A DNA stretch of 64,000 bases, taken from contig JBDLKA010000002.1 of NCBI GenBank assembly GCA_039714075.1, positions 29,807 to 93,806 of the forward strand, written 5' to 3'. The translations under genes and the position numbers were made by a program. Below, piece after piece: positions 27,976 through 37,665 of this stretch; position 1 is the stretch's first letter, and each line of letters begins with the position of its first letter. The notes under the pieces were generated by a model. It was not told the DNA's origin, ran no database searches, and saw nothing but the letters and a program-made list of their open reading frames with translations. The stretch comes from Candidatus Krumholzibacteriota bacterium. Lineage in GTDB: Bacteria; Krumholzibacteriota; Krumholzibacteriia; LZORAL124-64-63.

Positions 27976-30161
27976 GTCCCGGCGGACAGAAGGTCGACAT
28001 CGATCTGAAGGCCATGATGGAGGAGTTGTGGGCCAAGGTCCGCGTCTACAATCTCCAGGCGGACGAAGATAAGCTCTGGTTCGGTTACCGCTTCGCCAAA
28101 GCGGCCCACAAAGGCCAGAAGCGCAAGAGCGGCGAGCCCTTTTTCGCCCACGCCCTGACCGTGGCCACGATCCTGGCCGACCTGCGCCTGGACGTCGACA
28201 CCCTGATCGCGGCCATGGTCCACGACGTGGTCGAAGACACCGACTACGAGATGGTGGACATCCGCCAGAGGTTCGGCAAGGACGTTGCCCACATGGTCGA
28301 CGGGGTGACGAAAATCAGCGGCATCCGGGCGGTGAACCAGGAAGCGCGCAAGGCGGAAACGTATCGCAAACTGGTTCTGGCCATTGCCCAGGATCCCCGC
28401 ACCGTTTTGATCAAGCTGGCCGACCGTCTGCACAACATGCGGACCCTGAGCTTCCTGAAAGAAGACCGCCAGCTGGACATCGCCCAGGAGACCATGGATG
28501 TCTACGCTCCGCTGGCCAACCGGTTCGGGATCGCCAAGATCAAGTGGGAACTGGAGGACCTGGCCTTCAAGGTCCTGCAGCCCGAGCGCTACTTCGAAAT
28601 CGAGTCCGGCATCAACCAGACCCGGGCCGAACGGGAACGGTTGATCCAGAAGATCGTCACACCCCTGCATGAGGCCCTGGACACCGCGGGGGTCAAACAC
28701 GAAATCGCCGGCCGGCCCAAACATTTCTATTCCATCCACCGCAAGATGCAGGAGCAGGAAATCGGCCTGGACCGCGTGTACGATCTGCTCGCCCTGCGGA
28801 TCATCGTGGAAACCAAGGCCGACTGCTACCACGCCCTGGGCGCCCTGCACAGTCTGTTCCCGCCCCTGGCCGACCGCATCAAGGACTACATCGCCACGCC
28901 CAAGGCCAACATGTACCAGAGCATCCATTCGACCGTGCGCGTGCCCGGGGGCAAGTACATCGAGGTTCAGTTGCGCACCTATAACATGCACGACCGGGCC
29001 GAGCTGGGCATCGCCGCGCACTGGCGCTACAAGGAAGGCGGCGGGGCCGACAAGTCCGATCTGGCCGAAATGGTCAAGTGGCTGCGTCAGATCATGGTGT
29101 GGGAAGAGGACGTGGCCGACGCCGAGGAGTTCATGGAAACGCTCAAGGTGGATTTTTTCCGCGACGAGGTTTTCGTGTTCAGTCCCGGCGGGGACGTTTT
29201 CCAGATGCCTCGCGGCGCCACCCCCCTGGACTTCGCCTTCCGTATCCACAGTGAAGTGGGTTTCCGTTGCATCGGGGCCAAGGTCAACGGGCGGATCGTC
29301 ACCCTGCGCAGCGAACTCCAGAACGGCGATACGGTGGAAATCCTGACCAGCAAGACGCCCAACCCCAGCGCCAGCTGGCTGGAGGTGGTCAAGACAAGTC
29401 GGGCCAAACACCATATCCGGCGCTGGATCAAGACCACCCAGTTCCAGGAAAGCGTCAAGCTGGGCCGGGAAATCCTGGAAAAGGAATTGAGGCGGGCCCA
29501 CCTGAAGATAAAGGTCGATGAACTGGTCGACGTGTCGCAACAGATGGGTTACACCGAGCTGGACAAACTTCTTGCCGCCGTGGGTCGTGGCGAAATCACC
29601 CACATGAAAGTGGTGGGGCGGGTCACGCCCCTGCCGGAATCAAAGGCCGAAAAGGTCCTGTCCAAAGGCAAGGAGATCTATGATTCCCTGCTGGGCCGTT
29701 CGACTTCGGGCGTGCGGGTGGCCGGGGTGGACAACCTGATGGTTTCCTTCGCCCGCTGCTGCCAGCCGATTCCCGGGGACTCGATCCTGGGCATCATCAC
29801 CCGTGGCAGGGGGGTTTCGGTCCACCGCGCGGGTTGTTCCAACCTCAACGACCCCAACCTGGGGCCCGAAAGGATGATCGAGGTCTCCTGGGATACCGGG
29901 CCCGACCAGACCTTCATGGTCAAGCTCATCATCCAGGCCCAGGATCGCAAAAACCTGTTGATGGACATCAGCAATACGCTCAGCCTGACCAATACCAACA
30001 TCGCCAGCGGGGATTTCAGTGCCGAGGATGATCTGGCCAAGGTCACCCTGGTGGTCGAGGTCCGTAATCTGAACAAGCTGGAAAAGATCCTCAAGGTCCT
30101 GGGCAAGGTGCGTGGTGTCCAGGGTATCGAACGGTTTCAGTTGGGCACCGGCCCCCACTGA
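27972..30161 (+). CDS. rel: Bifunctional (p)ppGpp synthetase/hydrolase RelA/SpoT homologue
   Basis: HD domain (HDVVEDT), synthetase domain, TGS and ACT C-terminal regions; 729 aa. Confidence 0.9.
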   Translation: MSPGGQKVDIDLKAMMEELWAKVRVYNLQADEDKLWFGYRFAKAAHKGQKRKSGEPFFAHALTVATILADLRLDVDTLIAAMVHDVVEDTDYEMVDIRQRFGKDVAHMVDGVTKISGIRAVNQEARKAETYRKLVLAIAQDPRTVLIKLADRLHNMRTLSFLKEDRQLDIAQETMDVYAPLANRFGIAKIKWELEDLAFKVLQPERYFEIESGINQTRAERERLIQKIVTPLHEALDTAGVKHEIAGRPKHFYSIHRKMQEQEIGLDRVYDLLALRIIVETKADCYHALGALHSLFPPLADRIKDYIATPKANMYQSIHSTVRVPGGKYIEVQLRTYNMHDRAELGIAAHWRYKEGGGADKSDLAEMVKWLRQIMVWEEDVADAEEFMETLKVDFFRDEVFVFSPGGDVFQMPRGATPLDFAFRIHSEVGFRCIGAKVNGRIVTLRSELQNGDTVEILTSKTPNPSASWLEVVKTSRAKHHIRRWIKTTQFQESVKLGREILEKELRRAHLKIKVDELVDVSQQMGYTELDKLLAAVGRGEITHMKVVGRVTPLPESKAEKVLSKGKEIYDSLLGRSTSGVRVAGVDNLMVSFARCCQPIPGDSILGIITRGRGVSVHRAGCSNLNDPNLGPERMIEVSWDTGPDQTFMVKLIIQAQDRKNLLMDISNTLSLTNTNIASGDFSAEDDLAKVTLVVEVRNLNKLEKILKVLGKVRGVQGIERFQLGTGPH

Positions 30162-30176
30162 CGGACAGGAGATCCG

Positions 30177-30644
30177 ATGCGTTGTGTCGTCCAGAGGAGC
30201 GGGCCCGCCCTGGTCCGGATCGAAGGTGAAACCGTCGGCCGGATAGATTCCGGACTGGTCGTCCTGGCCGCTTTCGGGCCCGACGACACGACCGCGGAGT
30301 TGTCCTGGATGGCCCGCAAACTTCCACGCCTGCGCATTTTCAACGACACCGACGGCAAGATGAACCTGTCGCTGCGGGACGTGGGCGGCGGGATCCTGCT
30401 GGTCTCGCAGTTCACGCTGTACGGAAATTGCCGCAAAGGAATGAGGCCGAGTTTCACGGGTTCGGCTCCGCCGGAAAGAGCCCGCAAGCTCTACGAGGAA
30501 TTCGGCCACCTGCTGCGGGGAGAGTGGCCTACGGTGGCCGAAGGCAACTTCGGGGCGATGATGGAAGTTGAACTCGTCAACGACGGGCCCGTGACCCTGG
30601 TTGTCGACCGGGAAATTTCCGGCGAAGCGGGGTCCGATGACTGA
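30177..30644 (+). CDS. dtd: D-aminoacyl-tRNA deacylase
   Basis: MRCVVQR..., SQFTLYG, NDGPVT motifs; 155 aa. Confidence 0.9.
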   Translation: MRCVVQRSGPALVRIEGETVGRIDSGLVVLAAFGPDDTTAELSWMARKLPRLRIFNDTDGKMNLSLRDVGGGILLVSQFTLYGNCRKGMRPSFTGSAPPERARKLYEEFGHLLRGEWPTVAEGNFGAMMEVELVNDGPVTLVVDREISGEAGSDD

Positions 30645-31269
30645 ACCGCGGCACCTGACGCCCTTCGTGAACTGGCCCCATGACCTGGTGCTGGTCCTGG
30701 CCTCGCGCTCACCGCGGCGCGCGGAACTGCTGACCATCGCCGGCATCCCTCACGAAATCGTTCCCCCCGGTCCGGTCGAGGAGGAACTGGCCGCATCGCT
30801 GACCCATCTTCACCATGATCCGGCCGCCTACGCCGTGGACCTGGCGGTGGCCAAGGCCCGGGACGTGGCCCGGAGCTTGCCCGGCCGCCTGGTACTGGGC
30901 TCCGATACCGTGGTGGTCCTTGACGGCGACGTTCTGGAGAAACCCGCCGATCACCGGGAGGCCGTGCACCTGGTGAGCCGTCTGGCGGGCCGGAAACACG
31001 TGGTCATCTCGGCGGTGGCCCTGGTCGGAGGTCCGGCGGGCGAAGGTCCCGTAGTCGCCCATGAAGAGACCGAAGTCGAATTCCTGTCCCTGGCCCCCGA
31101 AGCCATCGAGCGGTACGTGGCCACGGGGGAACCCATGGACAAGGCCGGCGCCTACGGCATCCAGGGTTATGGGGCCATGATGGTGCGCGGCGTCCGGGGA
31201 TGCTATTTCAACGTCATGGGCCTGCCCCTGGCCAGGCTGGGAGAACTGTTGAACGGAGTTTTGGCATGA
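30637..31269 (+). CDS. maf: Maf-like nucleoside triphosphate pyrophosphatase
   Basis: LVLASRSPRRAELL, GSDTVVVLDG, KAGAYGIQG motifs. Start ATG 30637 overlaps the dtd stop. Confidence 0.85.
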   Translation: MTEPRHLTPFVNWPHDLVLVLASRSPRRAELLTIAGIPHEIVPPGPVEEELAASLTHLHHDPAAYAVDLAVAKARDVARSLPGRLVLGSDTVVVLDGDVLEKPADHREAVHLVSRLAGRKHVVISAVALVGGPAGEGPVVAHEETEVEFLSLAPEAIERYVATGEPMDKAGAYGIQGYGAMMVRGVRGCYFNVMGLPLARLGELLNGVLA

Positions 31270-32333
31270 GTTCACTGCCTTTTCCCTTTCCCGTCGTGGC
31301 CTGGGAGGATGACCGGGTCGTCCTGATCGACCAGACCGTTTTGCCGGACCGGCTCGCCTGGCGCCGGTGTGGGGACATACCCTCGCTTTGCCGGGCCATC
31401 GTCGAACTGGCGGTCAGGGGTGCGCCCGCCATCGGGGTGGCGGCCGCCTACGGGCTGGCCCTGTCCTGGCGCCTGGCTCAGGCCAAGGGTGGCGGCCCCG
31501 ACGACATGCTGCCGAGGCTGGAACACGACCGCGGGCTTCTGGCGGCCACCCGGCCGACGGCGGTGAATCTTTTCTGGGCCCTGGAACGGGTGGGAACCCT
31601 GGCCCGCCGTCTTGTCGCCGAGGGCAACGACGCGGAACAGATCGGAACCGCCTTGTTGGCTGAGGCCCGCCGGGTCCACGACGAGGATATCGCCATGTGC
31701 CGGGCCCTCGGGCAAGCCGGGGGTGAACTGCTGCAAGACGGCGCCACCGTGCTGACCCACTGTAATGCCGGCGGCCTGGCCACCGGGGGATACGGGACGG
31801 CCGTGGGCGTCGTCTACGGAGCCACCGAGGCGGGCAAGACCATTCGCGTCTTCGCCGACGAAACCCGTCCCCTGCTGCAGGGCGCGCGGCTGACCGCTTG
31901 GGAATTGGCCGACCAGGGAATAGACGTGACGGTGATCTGCGATTCGGCGGCCGCGACGGTCCTCAGGCAGGGCCGGATCGACGCCGTCATCACCGGCGCC
32001 GACCGCATCGCCGCCAACGGGGACGCCGCCAACAAGATCGGGACCTACCCGTTGGCTGTCCTGGCGCACCGCCATGAAGTTCCGTTCTACATCGCGGCCC
32101 CCGCTTCGACCTTCGATCCCGATACTCCCGACGGCGACGGCATCATCATCGAGGAACGGGATCCCGACGAAGTCCACGCTTTCGGCACGGTGCGGGCGAC
32201 ACCGCAGGAGGTGGCGGCCTGGAATCCTGCCTTCGATGTCACCCCGGCCGATCTCATTACCGCTTTCATCACCGAACACGGTGTTCTGCGCCCGCCGTTC
32301 CACCGCAGCCTGGAGCCGGTTTTGAAGAGGTGA
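31266..32333 (+). CDS. mtnA: Methylthioribose-1-phosphate isomerase (eIF-2B/MtnA family)
   Basis: VRGAPAIGVAAAYG, HCNAGGLAT, GADRIAANGDAANKIGTY motifs. ATGA overlap with maf. Confidence 0.8.
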   Translation: MSSLPFPFPVVAWEDDRVVLIDQTVLPDRLAWRRCGDIPSLCRAIVELAVRGAPAIGVAAAYGLALSWRLAQAKGGGPDDMLPRLEHDRGLLAATRPTAVNLFWALERVGTLARRLVAEGNDAEQIGTALLAEARRVHDEDIAMCRALGQAGGELLQDGATVLTHCNAGGLATGGYGTAVGVVYGATEAGKTIRVFADETRPLLQGARLTAWELADQGIDVTVICDSAAATVLRQGRIDAVITGADRIAANGDAANKIGTYPLAVLAHRHEVPFYIAAPASTFDPDTPDGDGIIIEERDPDEVHAFGTVRATPQEVAAWNPAFDVTPADLITAFITEHGVLRPPFHRSLEPVLKR

Positions 32334-32382
32334 TCCCGGTGGGCTGATGGCCCGCGGAACCGTGATTCAAGGGTTTTTGACA

Positions 32383-32430
32383 GGGCCGGGTTCCTTGACA
32401 AAGCCCTTTCCGTTTGCTAGCTTACCCGTC
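32383..32430 (+). promoter_or_regulatory. Candidate sigma-70 promoter for rplM-rpsI (two TTGACA boxes; TTGACA-N17-TAGCTT)
   Basis: Sequence reading only. Followed by a ~230-nt structured leader before the rplM GTG. Confidence 0.3.
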
Positions 32431-32648
32431 CTGCAACGGCCGGATTTTCCCGATTTATCCGACCTGACCAATCCTGAATAATTGGTCTGAAATGTGCCGA
32501 GGATTTGTGGAGAATCGGCGTATCTTGTTGTAGAAAAGCAGATTACGCGACCATTGAATTCCGCCCGCGCGGCAGCGCTGCGGTTTGTTCTGTGGTCCTG
32601 ATTCCCACGGGCCAGCCCCGTGAGACCGGTATTTCGAGGAGAAAATCC

Positions 32649-33077
32649 GTGAAGACCTACAGCATGAAACTGGCTGAAATCGAGAAGGACTGGCTGGTCG
32701 TCGATGCCGACGACATCCCCCTGGGCCGTCTGGCCACGCATGTCGCCACCTTCTTGAGGGGCAAGCACAAGCCCACGTTTACGGCCAACCTGGACATGGG
32801 CGACAACGTTATCGTCCTGAACGCCGCCAAGGTGAAGATCACGGGCCAGAAGCGCGAGCAGAAGGTCTATCTGAGCCACAGCGGTTACATGGGTGGGCAA
32901 AAGGTGACCACCATGGCCTCGCTGATGGAAAAGCGTCCGGAAGAAGTCATCATGCGCGCCGTCAAGGGCATGCTGCCCAAGACGCGCCTGGGGCGCAAGC
33001 AGCTGACCAACCTGAGGGTGTACGCGGGCGGGGAGCATCCCCACGGTCCGCAGCAGCCGAAAATCGTCGAACTGTAG
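32649..33077 (+). CDS. rplM: 50S ribosomal protein L13
   Basis: MKTYS...KDWLVVDA..LGRLAT..LRGKHKP.FT; GTG start 7 nt after GAGGAG. Confidence 0.9.
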   Translation: MKTYSMKLAEIEKDWLVVDADDIPLGRLATHVATFLRGKHKPTFTANLDMGDNVIVLNAAKVKITGQKREQKVYLSHSGYMGGQKVTTMASLMEKRPEEVIMRAVKGMLPKTRLGRKQLTNLRVYAGGEHPHGPQQPKIVEL

Positions 33078-33140
33078 GGACACTGTTCCGTACGGGATTC
33101 CGTACGGAACAGGTACCGAACAGGTACGGAATGTCCCGCT
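33078..33140. promoter_or_regulatory. Nested palindromic element between rplM and rpsI (self-complementary TTCCGTACGGAA core within a 63-nt near-perfect palindrome)
   Basis: GGGACACTGTTCCGTACGGGATTCCGTACGGAACAGGTACCGAACAGGTACGGAATGTCCC. The whole segment is approximately its own reverse complement. Confidence 0.5.
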
Positions 33141-33187
33141 AGACCAAAGCTGCGGCCCAGGGCCGCGCTTGCCTGGAGGATGAAGAG

Positions 33188-33574
33188 TTGGAAGAAAGAT
33201 ATTACGCCACTGGTCGCCGCAAGACCGCCGTCGCCCGCGTCTGGGTTACCCAGGGTTCGGGCCAGATCAAGGTCAATAACCGGACCGTGGAGGAATATTT
33301 CGGTGAGGCTGTTCGCCAGCAGGCCCTGCGCCCGCTGACCAGCCTGGGTGTCGAGGCCGATTTCGACATCTGGTGCACCGTCAATGGCGGCGGGATTTCC
33401 GGACAGGCCGGCGCGTTGCGTCACGGTCTGGCCCGTGCTCTCGTAGTCGCCAACGAGGATTACCGCAAACCCCTGCGCAAACACGGATTCCTGACCCGCG
33501 ATTCCCGTATGGTGGAACGCAAGAAGTACGGTCAGCCGGGTGCCAGGAAGCGGTTCCAGTTCTCCAAGCGCTAG
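33188..33574 (+). CDS. rpsI: 30S ribosomal protein S9
   Basis: YYATGRRKTAVARV..., C-terminal ...KRFQFSKR. TTG start 7 nt after GGAGGA. Confidence 0.9.
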   Translation: MEERYYATGRRKTAVARVWVTQGSGQIKVNNRTVEEYFGEAVRQQALRPLTSLGVEADFDIWCTVNGGGISGQAGALRHGLARALVVANEDYRKPLRKHGFLTRDSRMVERKKYGQPGARKRFQFSKR

Positions 33575-33762
33575 GCCGGTTTCAACCGCCACCGCGCTTG
33601 GCGACCAAGACTCCCGCGCGCCCTGACCGGGCCGCGGGAAGTCAAATCACACACCCGGCCGGAGGAGTGGATCAGGTGGCACCTGGCATAATCTGCTCTT
33701 TGGTGTTTTTCCATCTCCCGTGATGGCCGGGGAGGATCAACCTTTGTTAACTGGAGGAAGTC

Positions 33763-34662
33763 ATGGCTAACGTCGGTCTGAAGGACCTACTGGAAGCGGG
33801 AGTCCATTTCGGGCACCAGACCCGCAAGTGGAACCCCAAGATGAAGCCCTACATATTCATCGCCCGGGGCGGCATCTACATCATCGATCTGCAGAGGACG
33901 CTGCGGGCCCTGAACAAGGCCTGTGATTTCCTCAAGACGGTCGGCGCCAAGGGCGGCACCGTGCTGTTCGTCGGCACCAAGAAGCAGGCCAAGGTCGCCA
34001 TCCGCGAGATGGCCGAAAAAGCCGGCATGCCCTACGTGACCGAACGCTGGCTGGGCGGCATGCTGACCAACCACCAGACCATCTACAAGAGCGTCCAGAA
34101 GCTGGACGAAATCGAAGCCATGATGAACGACGGCCGCATGGAGAACTTCTCCAAGAAGGAGCAGCTGGAGTTCAGCCGGAAGTTCGAAAAACTCAACACC
34201 AACCTGGGCGGCATCCGCAAGATGAAGGGTGTTCCCGACGCGGTGTTCATCGTCGATACGGCCGAGGAAGAAACCGCCGTGCGCGAGGCCAGCAAGCTGA
34301 ACATCCCGATCATCGGCATCGTGGATACCAACTGCGACCCTACCCTGGTCACCTATCCCATCCCGGGCAACGATGACGCCATCCGTGCCATCACCCTGTT
34401 CACCCGGGTCGTTTCCGAGTCCATCGAAGAGGGTCGCAAGACCAAGGCCGAGGGCAAGGACCAGGGCGTGGACATGGCGGCTCCCAAGGATGAGCCCGCC
34501 GCTGCCAGCGCCACCCTGGACGGCGACGACAGCAAGGTGGAAGCCGCCGCCGCTTCCGCGGACAACGCCGCCAAGGAAGCTCCGGCCGCCGAGCCCGCCG
34601 CCGAGCCCGCCGCCGCGGTCGAGGCCGCCGAGGGTGCGGAAAAGCCGGCCGAAAAGGACTGA
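33763..34662 (+). CDS. rpsB: 30S ribosomal protein S2 with an Ala/Glu-rich C-terminal tail
   Basis: LLEAGVHFGHQTRKWNPKM...; 188-nt leader upstream. Confidence 0.95.
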   Translation: MANVGLKDLLEAGVHFGHQTRKWNPKMKPYIFIARGGIYIIDLQRTLRALNKACDFLKTVGAKGGTVLFVGTKKQAKVAIREMAEKAGMPYVTERWLGGMLTNHQTIYKSVQKLDEIEAMMNDGRMENFSKKEQLEFSRKFEKLNTNLGGIRKMKGVPDAVFIVDTAEEETAVREASKLNIPIIGIVDTNCDPTLVTYPIPGNDDAIRAITLFTRVVSESIEEGRKTKAEGKDQGVDMAAPKDEPAAASATLDGDDSKVEAAAASADNAAKEAPAAEPAAEPAAAVEAAEGAEKPAEKD

Positions 34663-34805
34663 CACGATTTTTATTGCGGGCGGGCCCGGCCCCAACCGGG
34701 GACGGGCCCCCCTTACATTAAAGGACCGGCGTTTCCCACGCCGAAGTCATCAACTCTCCCGCGGCGGTTCGGTCCGCCGACAGGATCGGGAGATCTGGAG
34801 GAGTC

Positions 34806-35399
34806 ATGGAAATCACCGCGAAAATGGTCAAGGAGCTGCGTGAGGCCACGAACGCAGGTATGATGGATTGCAAGAAGGCCCTCAAGGAAACCGACGGCGA
34901 CATGGAAAAAGCCGGCGAGTACCTGCGCAAGAAGGGCATCGCCTCGGCCGCCAAGAAGGAAGGCCGGGCGACCAGCCAGGGTCTCGTGGGCAGCTACATC
35001 CACATGGGCGGCAAGGTCGGCGTCATGGTGGAAATCGCCTGTGAAACCGATTTCGTGGCCCGCACCGACGATTTCCAGGAATTCGTCCACAACGTGGCCA
35101 TGCACATCGCCGCGGCCAGCCCGGTGGCCGTGACCCGCGAAGAGGTCGATCCTTCCCTGATCGAGAAGGAGAAGGAGATCTACGCCGGCCAGATGCAGGA
35201 GCAGGGCAAGCCCGCCGAGATGATCGACAAGATTGTTGAAGGCAAGGTTGACAAGTATTACAGTGAAATCGTCCTGCTCGAGCAAAAGTACGTCAAGGAT
35301 CCGGATATGACGGTGGAGGACTACCTGAAGTCCATCATCGGCTCCCTGGGCGAGAACATGCAGATCAAGCGCTTCACGCGCTATCAGATCGGCGGTTAG
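34806..35399 (+). CDS. tsf: Elongation factor Ts (short form)
   Basis: ITAKMVKELREATNAGMMDCKKAL UBA-like N-terminus plus dimerisation core. Confidence 0.9.
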   Translation: MEITAKMVKELREATNAGMMDCKKALKETDGDMEKAGEYLRKKGIASAAKKEGRATSQGLVGSYIHMGGKVGVMVEIACETDFVARTDDFQEFVHNVAMHIAAASPVAVTREEVDPSLIEKEKEIYAGQMQEQGKPAEMIDKIVEGKVDKYYSEIVLLEQKYVKDPDMTVEDYLKSIIGSLGENMQIKRFTRYQIGG

Positions 35400-35413
35400 C
35401 CAGGAGCGTTTCA

Positions 35414-35445
35414 AAGCCCGGGTCGATGGCCCGGGCTTTTTTTTG
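35414..35445 (+). terminator. Rho-independent terminator after tsf
   Basis: GCCCGGG-TCGATG-GCCCGGGC stem followed by T8. Confidence 0.7.
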
Positions 35446-35520
35446 CGGATTTCCAGCGGATTTCCAGCGGATGTCCACCGGAAATCGCGCGGCAAACCCA
35501 CACCGAAAGGTCGCCCACCG

Positions 35521-36237
35521 GTGAAATTCACACGCATCCTGTTGAAATTGAGCGGCGAAGCCCTCATGTCCGACGGCGAACAGTACAGCCACCGCAAACT
35601 GACGGGGCTGGCCCAGGCCATCGGCCAGGTGGTGCAGCAGGGTGTCCAGGTGGGCATCGTGGTCGGCGCCGGGAATATTTTTCGCGCACGTTCGGCCAAC
35701 CTGCAGATCGTCGACCGCGTGACCGCCGACAACGTGGGCATGCTCGGCACGGTGATGAACGCCTCGATCATGCGCGACTACCTGCGCGGCGAAGGCCTGC
35801 GTTCCAAGGTTTTCAGTCCGCGGGAACATCGTCCCCTGACCAAGTCCTTCGCCCGGGACGACGCGCTGGCCATGATGCAGTCGGGCCACGTGCTGCTCTT
35901 CGCCGGGGGAACCGGCAATCCCTATTTCACCACCGATTCCGCCGCGGCCCTGCGCGCCCTGGAAATCAGCGCGGACGTCCTGCTCAAGGGAACCCAGGTG
36001 GACGGCGTCTACGACAAGGATCCCCACCGGCACGACGACGCCCGGCGCTTCGAACAGTTGACCTACGATGAAGTCATCGACCGGAGGCTGCAGGTGATGG
36101 ACCTGACCGCAGTCACTCTTTGCTCGGAACAGGGACTCCCGATGTTCGTATTTGATATCTCGGATCCGGACAACCTCGTCAACGTCATCGCCGGCGACCA
36201 GCCGGGAACGTGGATCAAAAAGGAGAAACAGTCATGA
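35521..36237 (+). CDS. pyrH: UMP kinase
   Basis: RILLKLSGEAL, GAGNIFRA, GGTGNPYFTTDSAAALRA motifs. GTG start chosen after the terminator; the track ORF extends upstream through the terminator. Confidence 0.85.
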   Translation: MKFTRILLKLSGEALMSDGEQYSHRKLTGLAQAIGQVVQQGVQVGIVVGAGNIFRARSANLQIVDRVTADNVGMLGTVMNASIMRDYLRGEGLRSKVFSPREHRPLTKSFARDDALAMMQSGHVLLFAGGTGNPYFTTDSAAALRALEISADVLLKGTQVDGVYDKDPHRHDDARRFEQLTYDEVIDRRLQVMDLTAVTLCSEQGLPMFVFDISDPDNLVNVIAGDQPGTWIKKEKQS

Positions 36238-36791
36238 GTGCCGACGTCAAGGAAACCGCCGAAATGTCCATGGAGGAATCGATCGACACGGTGAAGGGTC
36301 GGCTCAGCCGCATCCGCACGGGCAAGGCTTCGCCCGCAGCCCTGGAAGGGGTCAAGGTCGAGTACTACGGGGCCCTCACGCCGCTGAACCAGCTGGCGAC
36401 CGTGGCGGCTCCCGAACCGCGCCTGCTGACGGTCAAGCCCTTCGACCGCGGGGCGATCGGCGCCATCGAAAAAGCCATCCAGGCCGGCAACCTGGGCTTC
36501 AATCCCGCCAGCGACGGCATGATGATCCGCATCCAGATACCGGAGCTGACCGAGGACAGCCGCAAGGAAATGGGCAAGCAGGCCCGGGAATTCGGCGAAG
36601 AGGGGAAGATCGCCGTCCGCAAGGTCCGCCAGGAGGCCAACGATTCCCTGAAAAAGGAGCAGAAGGACGGGGACATCACCGAGGACGAGTTCCACGGCGA
36701 CCGGGACGAGGTCCAGAAGTTGACCGACCGCTTCTGCGAGGAAATCGACAAGATCGTGGCTGCCAAGCAGAACGAAATCATGGAGCTGTAG
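36234..36791 (+). CDS. frr: Ribosome recycling factor
   Basis: RTGKASPAALEGVKVEYYG..., AAGGAG Shine-Dalgarno; ATGA overlap with pyrH. Confidence 0.9.
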   Translation: MSADVKETAEMSMEESIDTVKGRLSRIRTGKASPAALEGVKVEYYGALTPLNQLATVAAPEPRLLTVKPFDRGAIGAIEKAIQAGNLGFNPASDGMMIRIQIPELTEDSRKEMGKQAREFGEEGKIAVRKVRQEANDSLKKEQKDGDITEDEFHGDRDEVQKLTDRFCEEIDKIVAAKQNEIMEL

Positions 36792-36804
36792 GGGATCGTT
36801 TCAT

Positions 36805-37665
36805 ATGGCCTCACTGCACGACATGGACAATTTGGCGGAACTGGCGCTTGACGACCTGGTGGCGCGGGTGACCGGGCGCGGCGATCTGCCGCGGCATATC
36901 GCCATCATCATGGATGGTAACGGGCGGTGGGCCAAGAAGCGGTTTCTGCCCCGGGTGGCGGGGCACCGCGCGGGTCGGCATGCGGTCAAAAGATGCGTCG
37001 AGATCTGTGGCCGTCTGGGCATCGATGTCCTGACCCTGTATACCTTCAGCCAGGAAAATTTCAACCGTCCCGTCTCCGAGGTCAAAGCCCTCTGGCATTT
37101 CCTGCAGGAAACCCTGGTCGCCGAACGGGACGAGCTGGATAGCCGCCAGGTGCGGCTGACCGCCAGCGGGGCTCTTGACCTCTTGCCGGAAAAGGCTCGC
37201 GACGCCCTTAAGGAAGCCATCGATTCCCTGGCCGGCAACACGGGTTTGACCCTCAACCTGGCCCTGGCCTACGGCGGTCGGCAGGAGATCCTGCGGGCGG
37301 CCCTGCGCCTGGCCGAACGGTTGCAGGCCGGCGAGATGAAGCCCGCCGATGTTACCGAAGAAACATTCGCCCAGGGACTCTACGCACCCGATCTCCCGGA
37401 CCCTGATCTTGTCATCCGCACCAGCGGGGAAGCCCGCCTCAGCAATTTCCTGCTGTGGCAGACCGCCTACTCGGAGATCCTCATCACCCCGGTCCTGTGG
37501 CCGGACTTCAGCCAGAAGGATCTGCTGCTGGCGGTGGCGGACTACCAGAACCGCGAACGCCGTTTCGGCGCCCTGCCTTCGGACCTTTCCGGCGGCGGGT
37601 CCGACAAGGGCGATTCCCTGTTGGATCCGGCCCGCTGGAAACGCCTGCTGAAGGTGCGCCCGTGA
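36805..37665 (+). CDS. uppS: Undecaprenyl-diphosphate synthase (cis-prenyltransferase)
   Basis: HIAIIMDGNGRWAK motif; RTSGEARLSNFLLWQ. Confidence 0.9.
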   Translation: MASLHDMDNLAELALDDLVARVTGRGDLPRHIAIIMDGNGRWAKKRFLPRVAGHRAGRHAVKRCVEICGRLGIDVLTLYTFSQENFNRPVSEVKALWHFLQETLVAERDELDSRQVRLTASGALDLLPEKARDALKEAIDSLAGNTGLTLNLALAYGGRQEILRAALRLAERLQAGEMKPADVTEETFAQGLYAPDLPDPDLVIRTSGEARLSNFLLWQTAYSEILITPVLWPDFSQKDLLLAVADYQNRERRFGALPSDLSGGGSDKGDSLLDPARWKRLLKVRP

